Position numbers and translations under genes: made by a program
Notes under the pieces: model-generated
Told to the model about the DNA's origin: nothing
The model's input: the letters and a program-made list of their open reading frames with translations, nothing else
Databases searched by the model: none
Shown here: piece by piece, positions 10,745 through 19,971 of the stretch
Layout of the letters: the number at the start of each line of letters is the position of its first letter
Numbering within the stretch: position 1 is the stretch's first letter
Source: Candidatus Eiseniibacteriota bacterium
GTDB taxonomy: Bacteria; Eisenbacteria; RBG-16-71-46
Length of the DNA: 64,000 bases
Assembly (NCBI GenBank): GCA_963776245.1
Contig: CAVZLN010000009.1
Location: forward strand, 64,001 to 128,000
Direction: 5' to 3'

Positions 10745-11926
10745 TCAGCCCCCGGCGTGGCGCCGCACCTCGTCGCGGACGAGCTTCATCACCCGGTCCA
10801 CCTCGTCATCGCGGGTGTAGAAGTGCGGCGCGAGACGCAGCCCGACCCCCGGCCGCACGTCGAGCAGCACGTCCTGCGCCAGCAGCGCGTGACACACCGG
10901 CTCGGCCTGCGGCACGTCGAGCACCACGGTCCCGCCGCGACCGGCGTCGTCCCGCGGCGAGGCCACGCGGAAACCGTACTCATCGGCGAGCGCGTGCATG
11001 CGCGCGGTCTGGCGCAGGGACTTCGCGCGGATGGCCTCCACCCCGATCTGCGCCACGATGGCGTATCCGGGGCGCGCCGCCATGAACGCCACCACCGGGG
11101 GCGTGCCGGTCCAGAACCGGCGCGCGCCGCCGTCGCGGCGCGTCGGGCCGGGGTCGAAGTCGAACGGACGCTCGTGCGCCATCCACCCGGTGAACGCGGG
11201 CTCGAGACGCGGCGCGACGCGCGGGCTCACGTACAGCCACCCGGCGCCCGGGCCGCCGCACAGCCATTTCACCGAACCGCCGGTCATCAGGTCCACGTCC
11301 GACGCTCGCACGTCGACCGGGACGGTGCCCACCGCCTGGTAGGAGTCGATGAGCGTGAGCGCGCCGCACACCTTCGCCCGCGCCACGATCGGCGCGAGGT
11401 CGAGCAGCTGCGCGGTGCGGAACATCACCTGCGAGATCGCCACGACGGCGGTGCGCTCGTCGATCGCCGCGATGATGTCGGCCTCGTTCACCGCGTGGCC
11501 ATCGCGCGCCTTCACCCGCACGATCCGGGCGCCGCGGCGCGCCAGGCCCTCGTAGAGATAGAGCACCGAGGGGAAGTCCTCCTCGGTGCACACCAGGCCA
11601 TCCCGCGGCGCGGTGAATCCCACGGCCGAGAGCGCCACGGCCTGGGCGCCGGTGACGTTCGGGTGCATCGAGATCGAGCCGGGCGGGGCGTTCACGATGG
11701 TGCCCAGCAGGTCCGCGACCACGGTGGGGAGCGCGAACCACGACTCCTCCCACGCGCGGATGCCGCGCGTCTTCCAGGTCAGCGCGTACTGCCGCAGCTC
11801 CTCCTCGACCGCGCGCGGCATCGCCCCGAGGGAGTGCGAGATGAAGTGGAGCGTGGATTCGACGGTCGGGAACTCGGACCGCCACTCGAGCAGGCGGTCC
11901 TCCGCGGGCTGCTGGCCGGGGCTCAA
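10745..11926 (-). CDS. PLP-dependent class V aminotransferase, kynureninase-like
   Basis: SHSLGAMP, DFPS, DSYQAVG, GGSVKWLCGGPG (PLP lysine), GTPP. Confidence 0.8.
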   Translation of the reverse strand: MSPGQQPAEDRLLEWRSEFPTVESTLHFISHSLGAMPRAVEEELRQYALTWKTRGIRAWEESWFALPTVVADLLGTIVNAPPGSISMHPNVTGAQAVALSAVGFTAPRDGLVCTEEDFPSVLYLYEGLARRGARIVRVKARDGHAVNEADIIAAIDERTAVVAISQVMFRTAQLLDLAPIVARAKVCGALTLIDSYQAVGTVPVDVRASDVDLMTGGSVKWLCGGPGAGWLYVSPRVAPRLEPAFTGWMAHERPFDFDPGPTRRDGGARRFWTGTPPVVAFMAARPGYAIVAQIGVEAIRAKSLRQTARMHALADEYGFRVASPRDDAGRGGTVVLDVPQAEPVCHALLAQDVLLDVRPGVGLRLAPHFYTRDDEVDRVMKLVRDEVRRHAGG

Positions 11927-12513
11927 CGCGGGCCCTCGGCGGCGCCGGACGCGGCGCCGCGCGCCGTCACCCGCGCCGCGCCGTCGAGCACCGCGCGAGC
12001 GGCCCCGGCGGCGGTGCGCGCGGTGCGCACGTGATCGAACATCTCGGGGTAGACCAGCTGGGGATCGCGCTGGGCCTCGAGCCAGCGCTCCCAGGGCTCG
12101 CCCGCCAGCACCAGCGGCGCCGGCGCCCGGCCTCCGGCGGCCAGCAGGTTCCAGGTCAGGAACAGCTCGGCGAGCGTGCCCACGCTGCCGGGCACCACGA
12201 CGAACCCATCGGCGCGCGCCACGATGGTGCGCAGGCGCTCGAACAGGTCGGGCGTGTGCACCCGCTCCCGGACCCAGGCGTTCGCAGGGCCGCGGGCCTC
12301 GAACAGCTCGACGGTCACGCCCACCGAATGGCCGCCGGCCTCGACCGCCCCGCGGGAGCAGGCCTCCATCACCCCGGAGTAGCCGCCGGTCATGACGTCG
12401 GCGCCGGCGCGCGCCAGCTCGCGTCCGAGGTCGAGCGCGAGCGCGTACACCGCATCGCCCTCACGCACCGTGGCGCTGCCATACACCGCGATCAGGGGGC
12501 GTCGCGCATCCAT
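11923..12513 (-). CDS. LOG-family (SLOG) nucleotide-binding protein
   Basis: IAVYGS, TGGYSGVMEA, PGSVGTLAEL. Confidence 0.85.
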   Translation of the reverse strand: MDARRPLIAVYGSATVREGDAVYALALDLGRELARAGADVMTGGYSGVMEACSRGAVEAGGHSVGVTVELFEARGPANAWVRERVHTPDLFERLRTIVARADGFVVVPGSVGTLAELFLTWNLLAAGGRAPAPLVLAGEPWERWLEAQRDPQLVYPEMFDHVRTARTAAGAARAVLDGAARVTARGAASGAAEGPR

Positions 12514-12529
12514 GGAGCCTCCCCGGTCG

Positions 12530-13204
12530 TCAGCGCGACGTCGGCGTGTTGAGGTTGGCGACCACGCCCTTGTCGGCCACGTCGAGGTAGCCCACCAGAC
12601 GCGCGCTGCGGCGCACCGCGTCGGCCAGCGTCTCGGCCCGCCGGTCGGCGACGATGGCGCGCGCGAGCGCCGGGGTGAGCACCAGCGGATGCCCGCGCTC
12701 GCCCTTGTGGCGCGGCACCAGCGCGTACGAGAAGCGCGCGCGGTCGCGGGCGGTCCGGCTCGCGGTCAGCGCCTGGAGGACCACGTTGCCGAGCGCCGCC
12801 ACCGTCACCGGATGCACGTGCGGGTGGTCCACCGGCAGCACCAGCACGGCCTGGGGCTTGCGCTTGAGCGCCGCGGCCAGGCCGGCCTGCGCGCTCGAGA
12901 GCATGCCGCGCTTCCAGTGCGCGTTCACCACGAACTGGCACTCCAGCCCGCGCGCGCCGTGCCCGTGGGCCTGCTGCAGGTCGTCGTGGAGTTCGCCGCG
13001 CTCGATCAGCGACTCGAAGTCGCGGGTGATCTGGCGCTGCACGGTGGCGGCACGGGCGCCGAGCACCACCACCACGTCGTCGCACGCGGCCCACAGGTGG
13101 CGCACGCCATGGACGGCGAAGGACACCGCGCCCGACTTGACCAGCGCCTTGTCGCGTCCCATCCGGCTCGACGCGCCGGCGGCCAGCAGGACTCCCACCA
13201 GCAT
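12530..13204 (-). CDS. mocA: MocA-like molybdenum cofactor nucleotidyltransferase
   Basis: LLAAGASSRMGRDKAL, GMLSS, LPVDHP, GHP, NLNTP; adjacent to xdhC and the Mo enzyme. Confidence 0.8.
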   Translation of the reverse strand: MLVGVLLAAGASSRMGRDKALVKSGAVSFAVHGVRHLWAACDDVVVVLGARAATVQRQITRDFESLIERGELHDDLQQAHGHGARGLECQFVVNAHWKRGMLSSAQAGLAAALKRKPQAVLVLPVDHPHVHPVTVAALGNVVLQALTASRTARDRARFSYALVPRHKGERGHPLVLTPALARAIVADRRAETLADAVRRSARLVGYLDVADKGVVANLNTPTSR

Positions 13205-13207
13205 GAT

Positions 13208-14203
13208 CTACCTCCCGGTCGGGTCGGCTTCCCCCGGATTCGCTTCCGCGGAGACCGGGGTGCCGGATGCTTCCGTGACGGCCGGGGGCGCGCCCGCGCG
13301 TGCGGGCGGCACCCAGCCGGGTTCGATCGCCAGGCCGCGGCGGACCGCGATGACCTGCGCCATCACGCTCACCGCGATCTCCTCGGGGCCGTCGGCGCCG
13401 ATGTCGAGACCGACCGGCGCGTGCAGGCGCGCGATCTCGGTGTCGGCGAATCCCTTCGCGCGCAGGCGGAGCGCGAACTTGCGCTGCTTCGCGGTGCTGC
13501 CGAGCATGCCGAGGAAGCGCAGCGGCCGGCCCAGCAGGCCCTGCACCAGGCGCTGGTCGAGCGCGTGGTCGTGGGTGGTGATGACCGCGTAGTCCCCGGC
13601 CCGGGTCTCGAGCGCGCGCAGGAAGTCCTCGGGATCCTGCACCGCCACGCGCGAGGTCGGGAAGCGCTCGGGGGTCGCCCACTCCGCCCGCCCATCCACC
13701 ACGGTGACGGCGAACCCGCAGCCGGCCGCGATCGCGGCCAGCGGCTTGGCGATGTAGCCGGCGCCGAACACCCACAGGCGCGGTGCGGTCTCGACCACCT
13801 CGAGGAACACGCTCATCTCGCCGCCGCAGCACATGCCGAGGTCCTGGGTGAGGTGGCGCTCGACCCGCGCGGTGCCCCCGCGGTCGAACAGCGCCCGCGC
13901 CTCCTCGAGCACCGCGTGCTCGATGGCGCCGCCGCCGATGGTGCCCACGGTGGCGCCGTCGGCGCCGATGAGCATGCGCGCGCCCGGCTTGCGCGGGGTG
14001 TAGCCGCGCGATCCGATCACCGTGGCGATCACGAAGCGGCGGTCCTCGGCGCGCCAGCGCGCCAGCGTCTCCCACACGTCGCCCTCACGGGTGCGACGCG
14101 GCAGGTCGATGCCGGGTGCCCCCGACGACGGCGGGGGCGCCTCGCCCTCGCGGCGCAGCGCGTGGTCGTGGGCGTCGAACTCCTCGGGCTCGGTGGGGCT
14201 CAT
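13208..14203 (-). CDS. xdhC: XdhC/CoxI-family molybdenum cofactor insertion chaperone
   Basis: TPRKPGARM, GTIGGGAIE, LGMCCGG, VFGAG, THDHALD, GMLGS, APVGLDIGADGPEEIAVS. Confidence 0.9.
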   Translation of the reverse strand: MSPTEPEEFDAHDHALRREGEAPPPSSGAPGIDLPRRTREGDVWETLARWRAEDRRFVIATVIGSRGYTPRKPGARMLIGADGATVGTIGGGAIEHAVLEEARALFDRGGTARVERHLTQDLGMCCGGEMSVFLEVVETAPRLWVFGAGYIAKPLAAIAAGCGFAVTVVDGRAEWATPERFPTSRVAVQDPEDFLRALETRAGDYAVITTHDHALDQRLVQGLLGRPLRFLGMLGSTAKQRKFALRLRAKGFADTEIARLHAPVGLDIGADGPEEIAVSVMAQVIAVRRGLAIEPGWVPPARAGAPPAVTEASGTPVSAEANPGEADPTGR

Positions 14204-15192
14204 CGGGTCTCTCCTGCGAGCGCGTCGCGGATGGCGCGGGTCACGAACACCGGCACCATGGCGCGCCGCCACTCGGTATCGTACGCCACATTGGCCAGCG
14301 GGTGACACTGCTGATGGGCCGCCTGCGCGATCGACTCGATGACGGCGTCGTCGAGCGCGCGTCCGTGCGCCAGCGCGGCGAGCCCGGCCACCACGCGCGG
14401 CCGGGCGGCCAGCGCGCTCACCACCAGCCGGGCCTCAGTGCACATCGTGCCCTCGAGCCGCGCCGCGAACGCCACCGACAGCATCGGGAAGTCGATCGCC
14501 TTCCGCGGCCGCAGCTTGCGGTAGGCGCTGCGCAGCGAGCGCGCGCCCGCCGGCACCACGACGCGCGTCACCAGTTCCTCGGGACGCCGCACGGTGTTGT
14601 GGATCCCGTCGGCGACGAAGAACTCCGCCAGCGGAACGGTGCGCTTCGCCCCACGGCTTGCCAGCTCCACCGTGGCACCGAGCGCCATGAGCATCGGGGC
14701 GACGTCGGAGGAGTGCGCGGCCACGCAGCGCTTCCCCTGCGGCACCACGTGGCACACGGTGCCCGACTTCTTGAGGCAGAAACCGAGCGCCCCGCGCCAG
14801 AACGCCGTCTGGTTGTAGTACGTGCAGCGGGTGTCGAGACACAGGTTGCCACCCAGCGTGCCCATGTTGCGGATCTGCGGCGAGGCGACCTGGGAGGCCG
14901 CGTGAGCGAGGCCCGAAAGGTCCCGCGCGACCACCGGATGCACGGCCAGTTCGGCGAGCGTGACGAGCGCGCCGAGGTGCAGGTCGCCGCCCACTTCGCG
15001 GATGAGCCGAAGCTCGTCAAGTCCAGCGATGTGAACGATCTGGCGGGGCTCGTGAAGGCGATGCTTCAGGTTGGGGACGGCATCGGTGCCACCGGCGATC
15101 ACCAGACTCTCGTCGGGCCGCCGGGCGAGCGCCTCGAGGGCCTCGTTCAGCGTCGCGGGACGGATCCAGCCGAAGCGGGGCAGGGTCAGCAT
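14200..15192 (-). CDS. hcrB: FAD subunit with [4Fe-4S] insert, 4-hydroxybenzoyl-CoA reductase beta-like
   Basis: AGGTD, QIRNMGTLGGNLCLDTRCTYYNQ, WRGALGFCLKKSGTVCHV, RC. The Cys insert is typical of the HcrB subgroup. Confidence 0.75.
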   Translation of the reverse strand: MLTLPRFGWIRPATLNEALEALARRPDESLVIAGGTDAVPNLKHRLHEPRQIVHIAGLDELRLIREVGGDLHLGALVTLAELAVHPVVARDLSGLAHAASQVASPQIRNMGTLGGNLCLDTRCTYYNQTAFWRGALGFCLKKSGTVCHVVPQGKRCVAAHSSDVAPMLMALGATVELASRGAKRTVPLAEFFVADGIHNTVRRPEELVTRVVVPAGARSLRSAYRKLRPRKAIDFPMLSVAFAARLEGTMCTEARLVVSALAARPRVVAGLAALAHGRALDDAVIESIAQAAHQQCHPLANVAYDTEWRRAMVPVFVTRAIRDALAGETR

Positions 15193-15199
15193 GACGCCC

Positions 15200-17671
15200 T
15201 CACCTCGCCCGCTCGCCGCCGCGCGCCTGGGCACGTGCGCGCTCCCACGCGGCCCGCGCGTCGGTCGCGCGCAGCAGTCCGAGGACGCGCGGCGGGGAGA
15301 ATGGCAGGCGCTCGCAGCGGATGCCGAGCGCGTCGTGGATGGCGTTGGCGATCGCCGGGATGCTCGGGTGCAGCGGCCCCTCGCCCGCCTCCTTGGCGCC
15401 ATACGGCCCTTCGGGATCCACCGATTCGATGATGAAGGACTCGAGGGCCGGGGTGTCGAGCGTGGTGGGGATCCGGTAGTCGAGCAGTGACGGCCCGTGG
15501 TGGAGGCCGGGGCCGTGCTCGGACGTGGCGGGCTTGAACGTGTGCTCCTCCATCAGCGCCTCGCCGAATCCCATGTAGGCGCTGCCCTCCATCTGCCCTT
15601 CGACCGCCACCGGATTGAGCGCCCGCCCGCAGTCGTGCGCCACCCAGATGCGCGTCACGTCCACGAAGCCGGTCTCCGGATCGCACTCCACCTCGGCGAC
15701 GTGCGCGGTGAACGAGTACGCGGGCGAGGCGCCGATGGTGCCTCCTCGGTAGTCGCCGCCGAGCGTCGGGCTCTGGTACCAGCCCACCGTGCCGAGCGTG
15801 CCGTGCCGCGCCTCGGCGAGCTGGAGCGCCTCGCGCAGGCCCATGCACTCGCGCTGCGGGTCGCGGGTGGTGCACGCCACGCCCTGGGCGAGCGTGACCT
15901 CGTGCGGCGCGCAGCCCCAGAGTGCCGCGAGCGCTCCGACCACCAGCCGGCGCACCTGGCGCGCGGCGTCGAGGCAGGCGTTGCCGGCCATGAACGTCTC
16001 GCGGCTGGAGTACGAACCGAGGTCCACGGGCGTGAGGTCGGTGTCGGCCGCCACCACGCGCACGTCCCCCAGCTCGAGTCCGAGCTCCTCGCACACGATG
16101 AGGGCGAGCATCGAGTCGCTGCCCTGTCCGATGTCCGAGGCGCCGCAGAACACGGTGGCGCGCCCGCTGCGATCCACCTTGAGCTGCACCGCGCTCTGGG
16201 GCATCTCGTTCGGATAGATGCAGTAGTTGGTGCCGCTGATGTACATGCTGCCCGCCACCCCCACGCCACGGCCATAGGGCAGGCGGCGGAAGCGCTCCTT
16301 CCATCCCGAGGCGCGTTCCACCGCGTCGAGACACTGCAGGAAGCCGTTCGAGGTGATGCGCATGCCGTTCACGGTGCGCGCGTGCTCGCCGATCGAATTG
16401 CGCCGTCGCACCTCGATCGGATCGAGCCCCGCGGCCTCGGCGAGCCGGTCGATCTGGCACTCGAACGCGAATCGGGGCTGCACCGACCCGTGTCCGCGCT
16501 TGGGCCCGCAGCATGGCTTGTTGGTGAACACGCGCGTCGAGTCGAAGCGGTAGGCGCCGAGGCGGTAGGGCGCCGTGAGCAGCTGGCCGGAGTAATAGGT
16601 GGTCACCAGCCCGAACGAGGAGTACGCGCCCCCGTCGAGGTGGATGCGCGCGTCCACTCCGGTGAGCGTACCGTCGCGCTGCATCCCGGTGCGGTAGCGC
16701 AACCGCATCGGGTGGCGGCCGCGGTGGGCGTAGAACACCTCCTCGCGGGTGTACAGGATCTTCACCGGGCGCCCGGTCACCATGCTCAGCTTGGCGGCGC
16801 AGAACTCGAGCGAGAACGGTTCGCTCTTGCCGCCGAACGCCCCGCCCACCACCGGCTGGATCACCCGCACCCGCTGCGGCGGCAGGCCGAGCACGCGCGC
16901 CAGGTCGCGATGGAGGTAATGCGCGACCTGGGTGCTCGACCACACCGTGAGCAGCCCGGCGGGATCGAGATCGGCGACGCAGCAGTGCGGCTCGATCGCC
17001 GCGTGGGTCGAGCCCTCGTACGCGTACTCGGCCTCGACCACGTGGTCGCTGGCGGCCAGCTCGGCCTCGACGTCGCCGAACGACAGCTCCACCCGCTTCG
17101 AGATGTTGCCCTCGCGCGCCGCCTCGTTGACCTTCCACTCCGGGTGCGCGAGCGCGTCCTCGATCGACGCCACCGCGGGCAGGACCTCATAGTCCACCCG
17201 GATGGCGGCGAGCGCCTCCTCGGCCAGCGCCTCGCTGTCGGCCGCCACCGCCGCCACCGCGTCGCCGACGTAGCGCGCCTTGAGCTCGCACAGCGCCTGC
17301 TCGTCCTCGGTCCACGGGATGATGCCGTAGCGCGTCGGCAGGTCCCGGCCGGTGATGACCGCGTGCACCCCCGGCAGCGCGAGCGCGGCCGTCGCGTCGA
17401 TGGCGAGGATGCGCGCGTGGGCGTGCGGGCTGCGCAGCAGCTTGGCGTGGAGCATGCGCGGCAGGACGATGTCGTCGGCGTACACCGCCCGCCCGGTGAC
17501 CTTGGCGAGCCCCTCGATCTTGCGGATGCGATGGCCGACCACCGCGAAGGTGCCGTTGGGCGGCGCCGCCCGCCCCTCCGGCCAGTCCGGCGGACGCAGG
17601 CGGTCGGCACCCGGCATGGTGCGTCCTTCGGGCACCGCCGCAGGCCGGGGGTCACGGGGCGCGTCGGTCAT
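15200..17671 (-). CDS. hcrA: Molybdopterin subunit, 4-hydroxybenzoyl-CoA reductase alpha-like
   Basis: KVTGRAVYADD, VGGAFGGK, KRGHG, DIGQG, GSYSSR, EGQMEG, PYGAKEAGEG. Confidence 0.75.
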   Translation of the reverse strand: MTDAPRDPRPAAVPEGRTMPGADRLRPPDWPEGRAAPPNGTFAVVGHRIRKIEGLAKVTGRAVYADDIVLPRMLHAKLLRSPHAHARILAIDATAALALPGVHAVITGRDLPTRYGIIPWTEDEQALCELKARYVGDAVAAVAADSEALAEEALAAIRVDYEVLPAVASIEDALAHPEWKVNEAAREGNISKRVELSFGDVEAELAASDHVVEAEYAYEGSTHAAIEPHCCVADLDPAGLLTVWSSTQVAHYLHRDLARVLGLPPQRVRVIQPVVGGAFGGKSEPFSLEFCAAKLSMVTGRPVKILYTREEVFYAHRGRHPMRLRYRTGMQRDGTLTGVDARIHLDGGAYSSFGLVTTYYSGQLLTAPYRLGAYRFDSTRVFTNKPCCGPKRGHGSVQPRFAFECQIDRLAEAAGLDPIEVRRRNSIGEHARTVNGMRITSNGFLQCLDAVERASGWKERFRRLPYGRGVGVAGSMYISGTNYCIYPNEMPQSAVQLKVDRSGRATVFCGASDIGQGSDSMLALIVCEELGLELGDVRVVAADTDLTPVDLGSYSSRETFMAGNACLDAARQVRRLVVGALAALWGCAPHEVTLAQGVACTTRDPQRECMGLREALQLAEARHGTLGTVGWYQSPTLGGDYRGGTIGASPAYSFTAHVAEVECDPETGFVDVTRIWVAHDCGRALNPVAVEGQMEGSAYMGFGEALMEEHTFKPATSEHGPGLHHGPSLLDYRIPTTLDTPALESFIIESVDPEGPYGAKEAGEGPLHPSIPAIANAIHDALGIRCERLPFSPPRVLGLLRATDARAAWERARAQARGGERAR

Positions 17672-18192
17672 GCGCGCTCCCGCATCTCCCGCGCCGCGAG
17701 CTCCACCGCCTCGAGGATCTTGGTGTAGCCGGTGCACCGGCACAGATTGCCCGAGAGCGCCTGCGCGATGGCCGCGCGCGAGGGCGCCGGGTCGCGGCGA
17801 AGCAGCGCCCACGCGCTGACGAGCACGCCGGGGGTGCAGAATCCGCACTGCGCGCCGCCGGTGCGGTCGAGCGCGTCCTGGAGCGGATGCGGGCGGCCCC
17901 GGTCCGCGAGCCCCTCGACCGTGACGATCTCGCGGCCCTCGCACGCCATGGCCAGCGTGATGCACGCGAGCACCGGCACGCCATCGAGGGCCACCGTGCA
18001 CGCGCCGCAGTCGCCCTTGTCGCAGCCCTGCTTGGAGCCGGTGAGTCCGAGCCCCACCCGCAGCGCCTCGAGCAGGGTGGTCGAGGGCGTGACCGCGCAC
18101 GGGCGCACATCGCCGTTGACGCGCAGGTGGATGACGGTCGGGGTCGGGTCCAGGGGAACCTCGTGCGGGCCGGACGGAAGGGACGATGGCAC
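17668..18192 (-). CDS. hcrC: 2x[2Fe-2S] small subunit (CoxS/HcrC family)
   Basis: KQGCDKGDCGACTV, AC, QCGFCTPG, GNLCRCTGY. The GTG start at 18192 is inferred from the promoter position. Confidence 0.85.
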   Translation of the reverse strand: MPSSLPSGPHEVPLDPTPTVIHLRVNGDVRPCAVTPSTTLLEALRVGLGLTGSKQGCDKGDCGACTVALDGVPVLACITLAMACEGREIVTVEGLADRGRPHPLQDALDRTGGAQCGFCTPGVLVSAWALLRRDPAPSRAAIAQALSGNLCRCTGYTKILEAVELAAREMRERA

Positions 18193-18198
18193 GGCGCG

Positions 18199-18227
18199 AT
18201 TGAAGCCGCTCGGCGCGCGAGTGTCAA
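18199..18227 (-). promoter_or_regulatory. Putative sigma70 promoter of the hcr-like operon (leaderless)
   Basis: TTGACA-17 nt-TTCAAT, with an in-frame GTG 7 nt downstream. Confidence 0.6.
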
Positions 18228-18256
18228 CGCCTGCCCGGCAGCACGTGATGCGAGCT

Positions 18257-18342
18257 GCGGCGTGGCCGGGGTGGGCCGGGTCCGGAGGGGTGCGTGTGGG
18301 TATTAGCACCCCGGAGGATCTGGCCCACCCCGGCCACGCCGC
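18257..18342. repeat. Long intergenic inverted repeat (about 34-bp stem)
   Basis: 21-bp perfect arms GCGGCGTGGCCGGGGTGGGCC, then GGGTCC/GGATCT, a GGA/GGA internal loop, GGGGTGC/GCACCCC and a 12-nt loop. Confidence 0.85.
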
Positions 18343-18430
18343 TGGCCACCCTCATGAGTTCCCGCGCGACGACTGTTCCCGCGCGGCGACTTGCCGCCTG
18401 CCCCCGGCCGGGTCCACAATCCCGCCCGCC

Positions 18431-19690
18431 ATGAGCACACCGAGCCCGCACCCCGCTTCCCATTGGTGGGTGGATCCGGGCCCTCCCTTTCCCACGCTCG
18501 CAGGTGAGATCGACGCCGACGTCGCGGTGATCGGGGGCGGCGTCGCGGGGATCACGCTCGCTCACACGCTCGCCGAGCAGAGCGGCACGGTCGCGCTGCT
18601 CGAGGCCGGCCCGCTCGCGGGCGCGGCGAGCGGGCGCAGCGCCGGCCTGCTGCTCGGCCTGCCGGCCGAGCCCTACGCCGACGGCATCGCGATGTGGGGA
18701 CGCGCGGGCGCGCGCGCGATGAACGAGAGCGGGCGTCGCTCCCACCAGCGCGTGCGCTCCCTGATCGAGACGCTCCACCTCGAGTGCGACTACCAGGCGC
18801 GCGGCTCTTACCGGCTCGCCCGCACCGAGGAGGAAGCCGAGGACCTGCGCGCGTCCCTTCCGCTGATGAACGCCGACGGATTCACGATGCGCGAGGTGCC
18901 GGCCGCGGAAGTGTTGCCGAGCCCGGCGGCCGCGGTGCGCTTCGCCGCTGCGTTCGAGGTCGAGGAGGACGGCGAGATCCATCCGGTGCGGTTCCTGCAC
19001 GGGCTGGCGCGCGCGGCGATCCGGCGTGGCGCGCGCGTGTTCGAGCACTCGGAGGTGACGGACGCGCGCTGGAGCGGCGGCCTGTGGGAGGTGCACGCCG
19101 AGCACGGCACCGTGCGCGCGCGCGCCCTGGTGCTGGCCGCCGACGCCTGGGTGCCGCGGCTCCTCCCCGGCCTCGCCGCGCTCATCCAGCCGCGGCGCGG
19201 CCAGATGCTCGTCACCGCCCCGGTGCCACGCACCATCTCGACCCGTCCAGTGGTGGCGCACTGGGGCTACCAGTGCTGGCGCCAGCTCGCGGACGGCCGG
19301 GTGCTCATCGGGGGCTGGCGCGACGTGGACCCCGACGGCGAGATCGGGTTCGGCGTCGAGCCGACGCCGCGCATCCAGCAGGCCATCGAGCGCGGCCTCG
19401 CCGAGCTGGTGCCCGAGGGGGTGGCGATCGAGCGGCGCTGGGCGGGCACCATGGGCTTCGCGCGCGATGGCCGGCCGATGGTGGGCTGGCTCGACGCGCA
19501 GCACCATCTCGCGATCTGTGCCGGCTTCACCGGCCGCGGCCTCGGTATGGCGGCGGCATGCACGCTCGATCTCGCGCAGGTGCTCGCGTTCCGACGCGCC
19601 CCCGGCATCGAGACCTTCGATCCGTCGCGCTTCCCCGAGCTGCGCCTCGCGCGCGACGGCGTGACGGCCCTGGGCGCGGCGAGCGGGTGA
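18431..19690 (+). CDS. FAD-dependent oxidoreductase, DAO/PuuB-like family
   Basis: VAVIGGGVAG, ASGRSAG, IHPVRF, WAGTMGF, AGFTGRG; TTGCCG-18-CACAAT lies just upstream. Confidence 0.85.
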   Translation: MSTPSPHPASHWWVDPGPPFPTLAGEIDADVAVIGGGVAGITLAHTLAEQSGTVALLEAGPLAGAASGRSAGLLLGLPAEPYADGIAMWGRAGARAMNESGRRSHQRVRSLIETLHLECDYQARGSYRLARTEEEAEDLRASLPLMNADGFTMREVPAAEVLPSPAAAVRFAAAFEVEEDGEIHPVRFLHGLARAAIRRGARVFEHSEVTDARWSGGLWEVHAEHGTVRARALVLAADAWVPRLLPGLAALIQPRRGQMLVTAPVPRTISTRPVVAHWGYQCWRQLADGRVLIGGWRDVDPDGEIGFGVEPTPRIQQAIERGLAELVPEGVAIERRWAGTMGFARDGRPMVGWLDAQHHLAICAGFTGRGLGMAAACTLDLAQVLAFRRAPGIETFDPSRFPELRLARDGVTALGAASG

Positions 19691-19971
19691 GAAGGCGGTC
19701 GCTCCCCCTCCTCGGGCAGCGGCGGACGTCGCAGTCGTAACGATTCCACTTGACACGATTCGCGCGCCCCACCGTGCCCGACCCGCCGCCCGTGCTTTAA
19801 CTGTGCGTCTGCGCGCGCAGGATGCGCGCGCTGCTCCCCGCGAATGCGAGCGGCGGCATCTTGCGTGACGCCCCGCGCGGCGCGCTCTCCGGGCACGCAC
19901 GAGTGCCTCGAACACGCATGCTATACAGAGGGCGTGCCCCCGCGACTGAGTCCCCGTTGCGGAGTCCCGCC

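Noticed and set aside
18270..18300. SRP RNA interpretation of the long hairpin
   Set aside because: Lacks the CAGG..GGAA..AGCAG domain IV motif.
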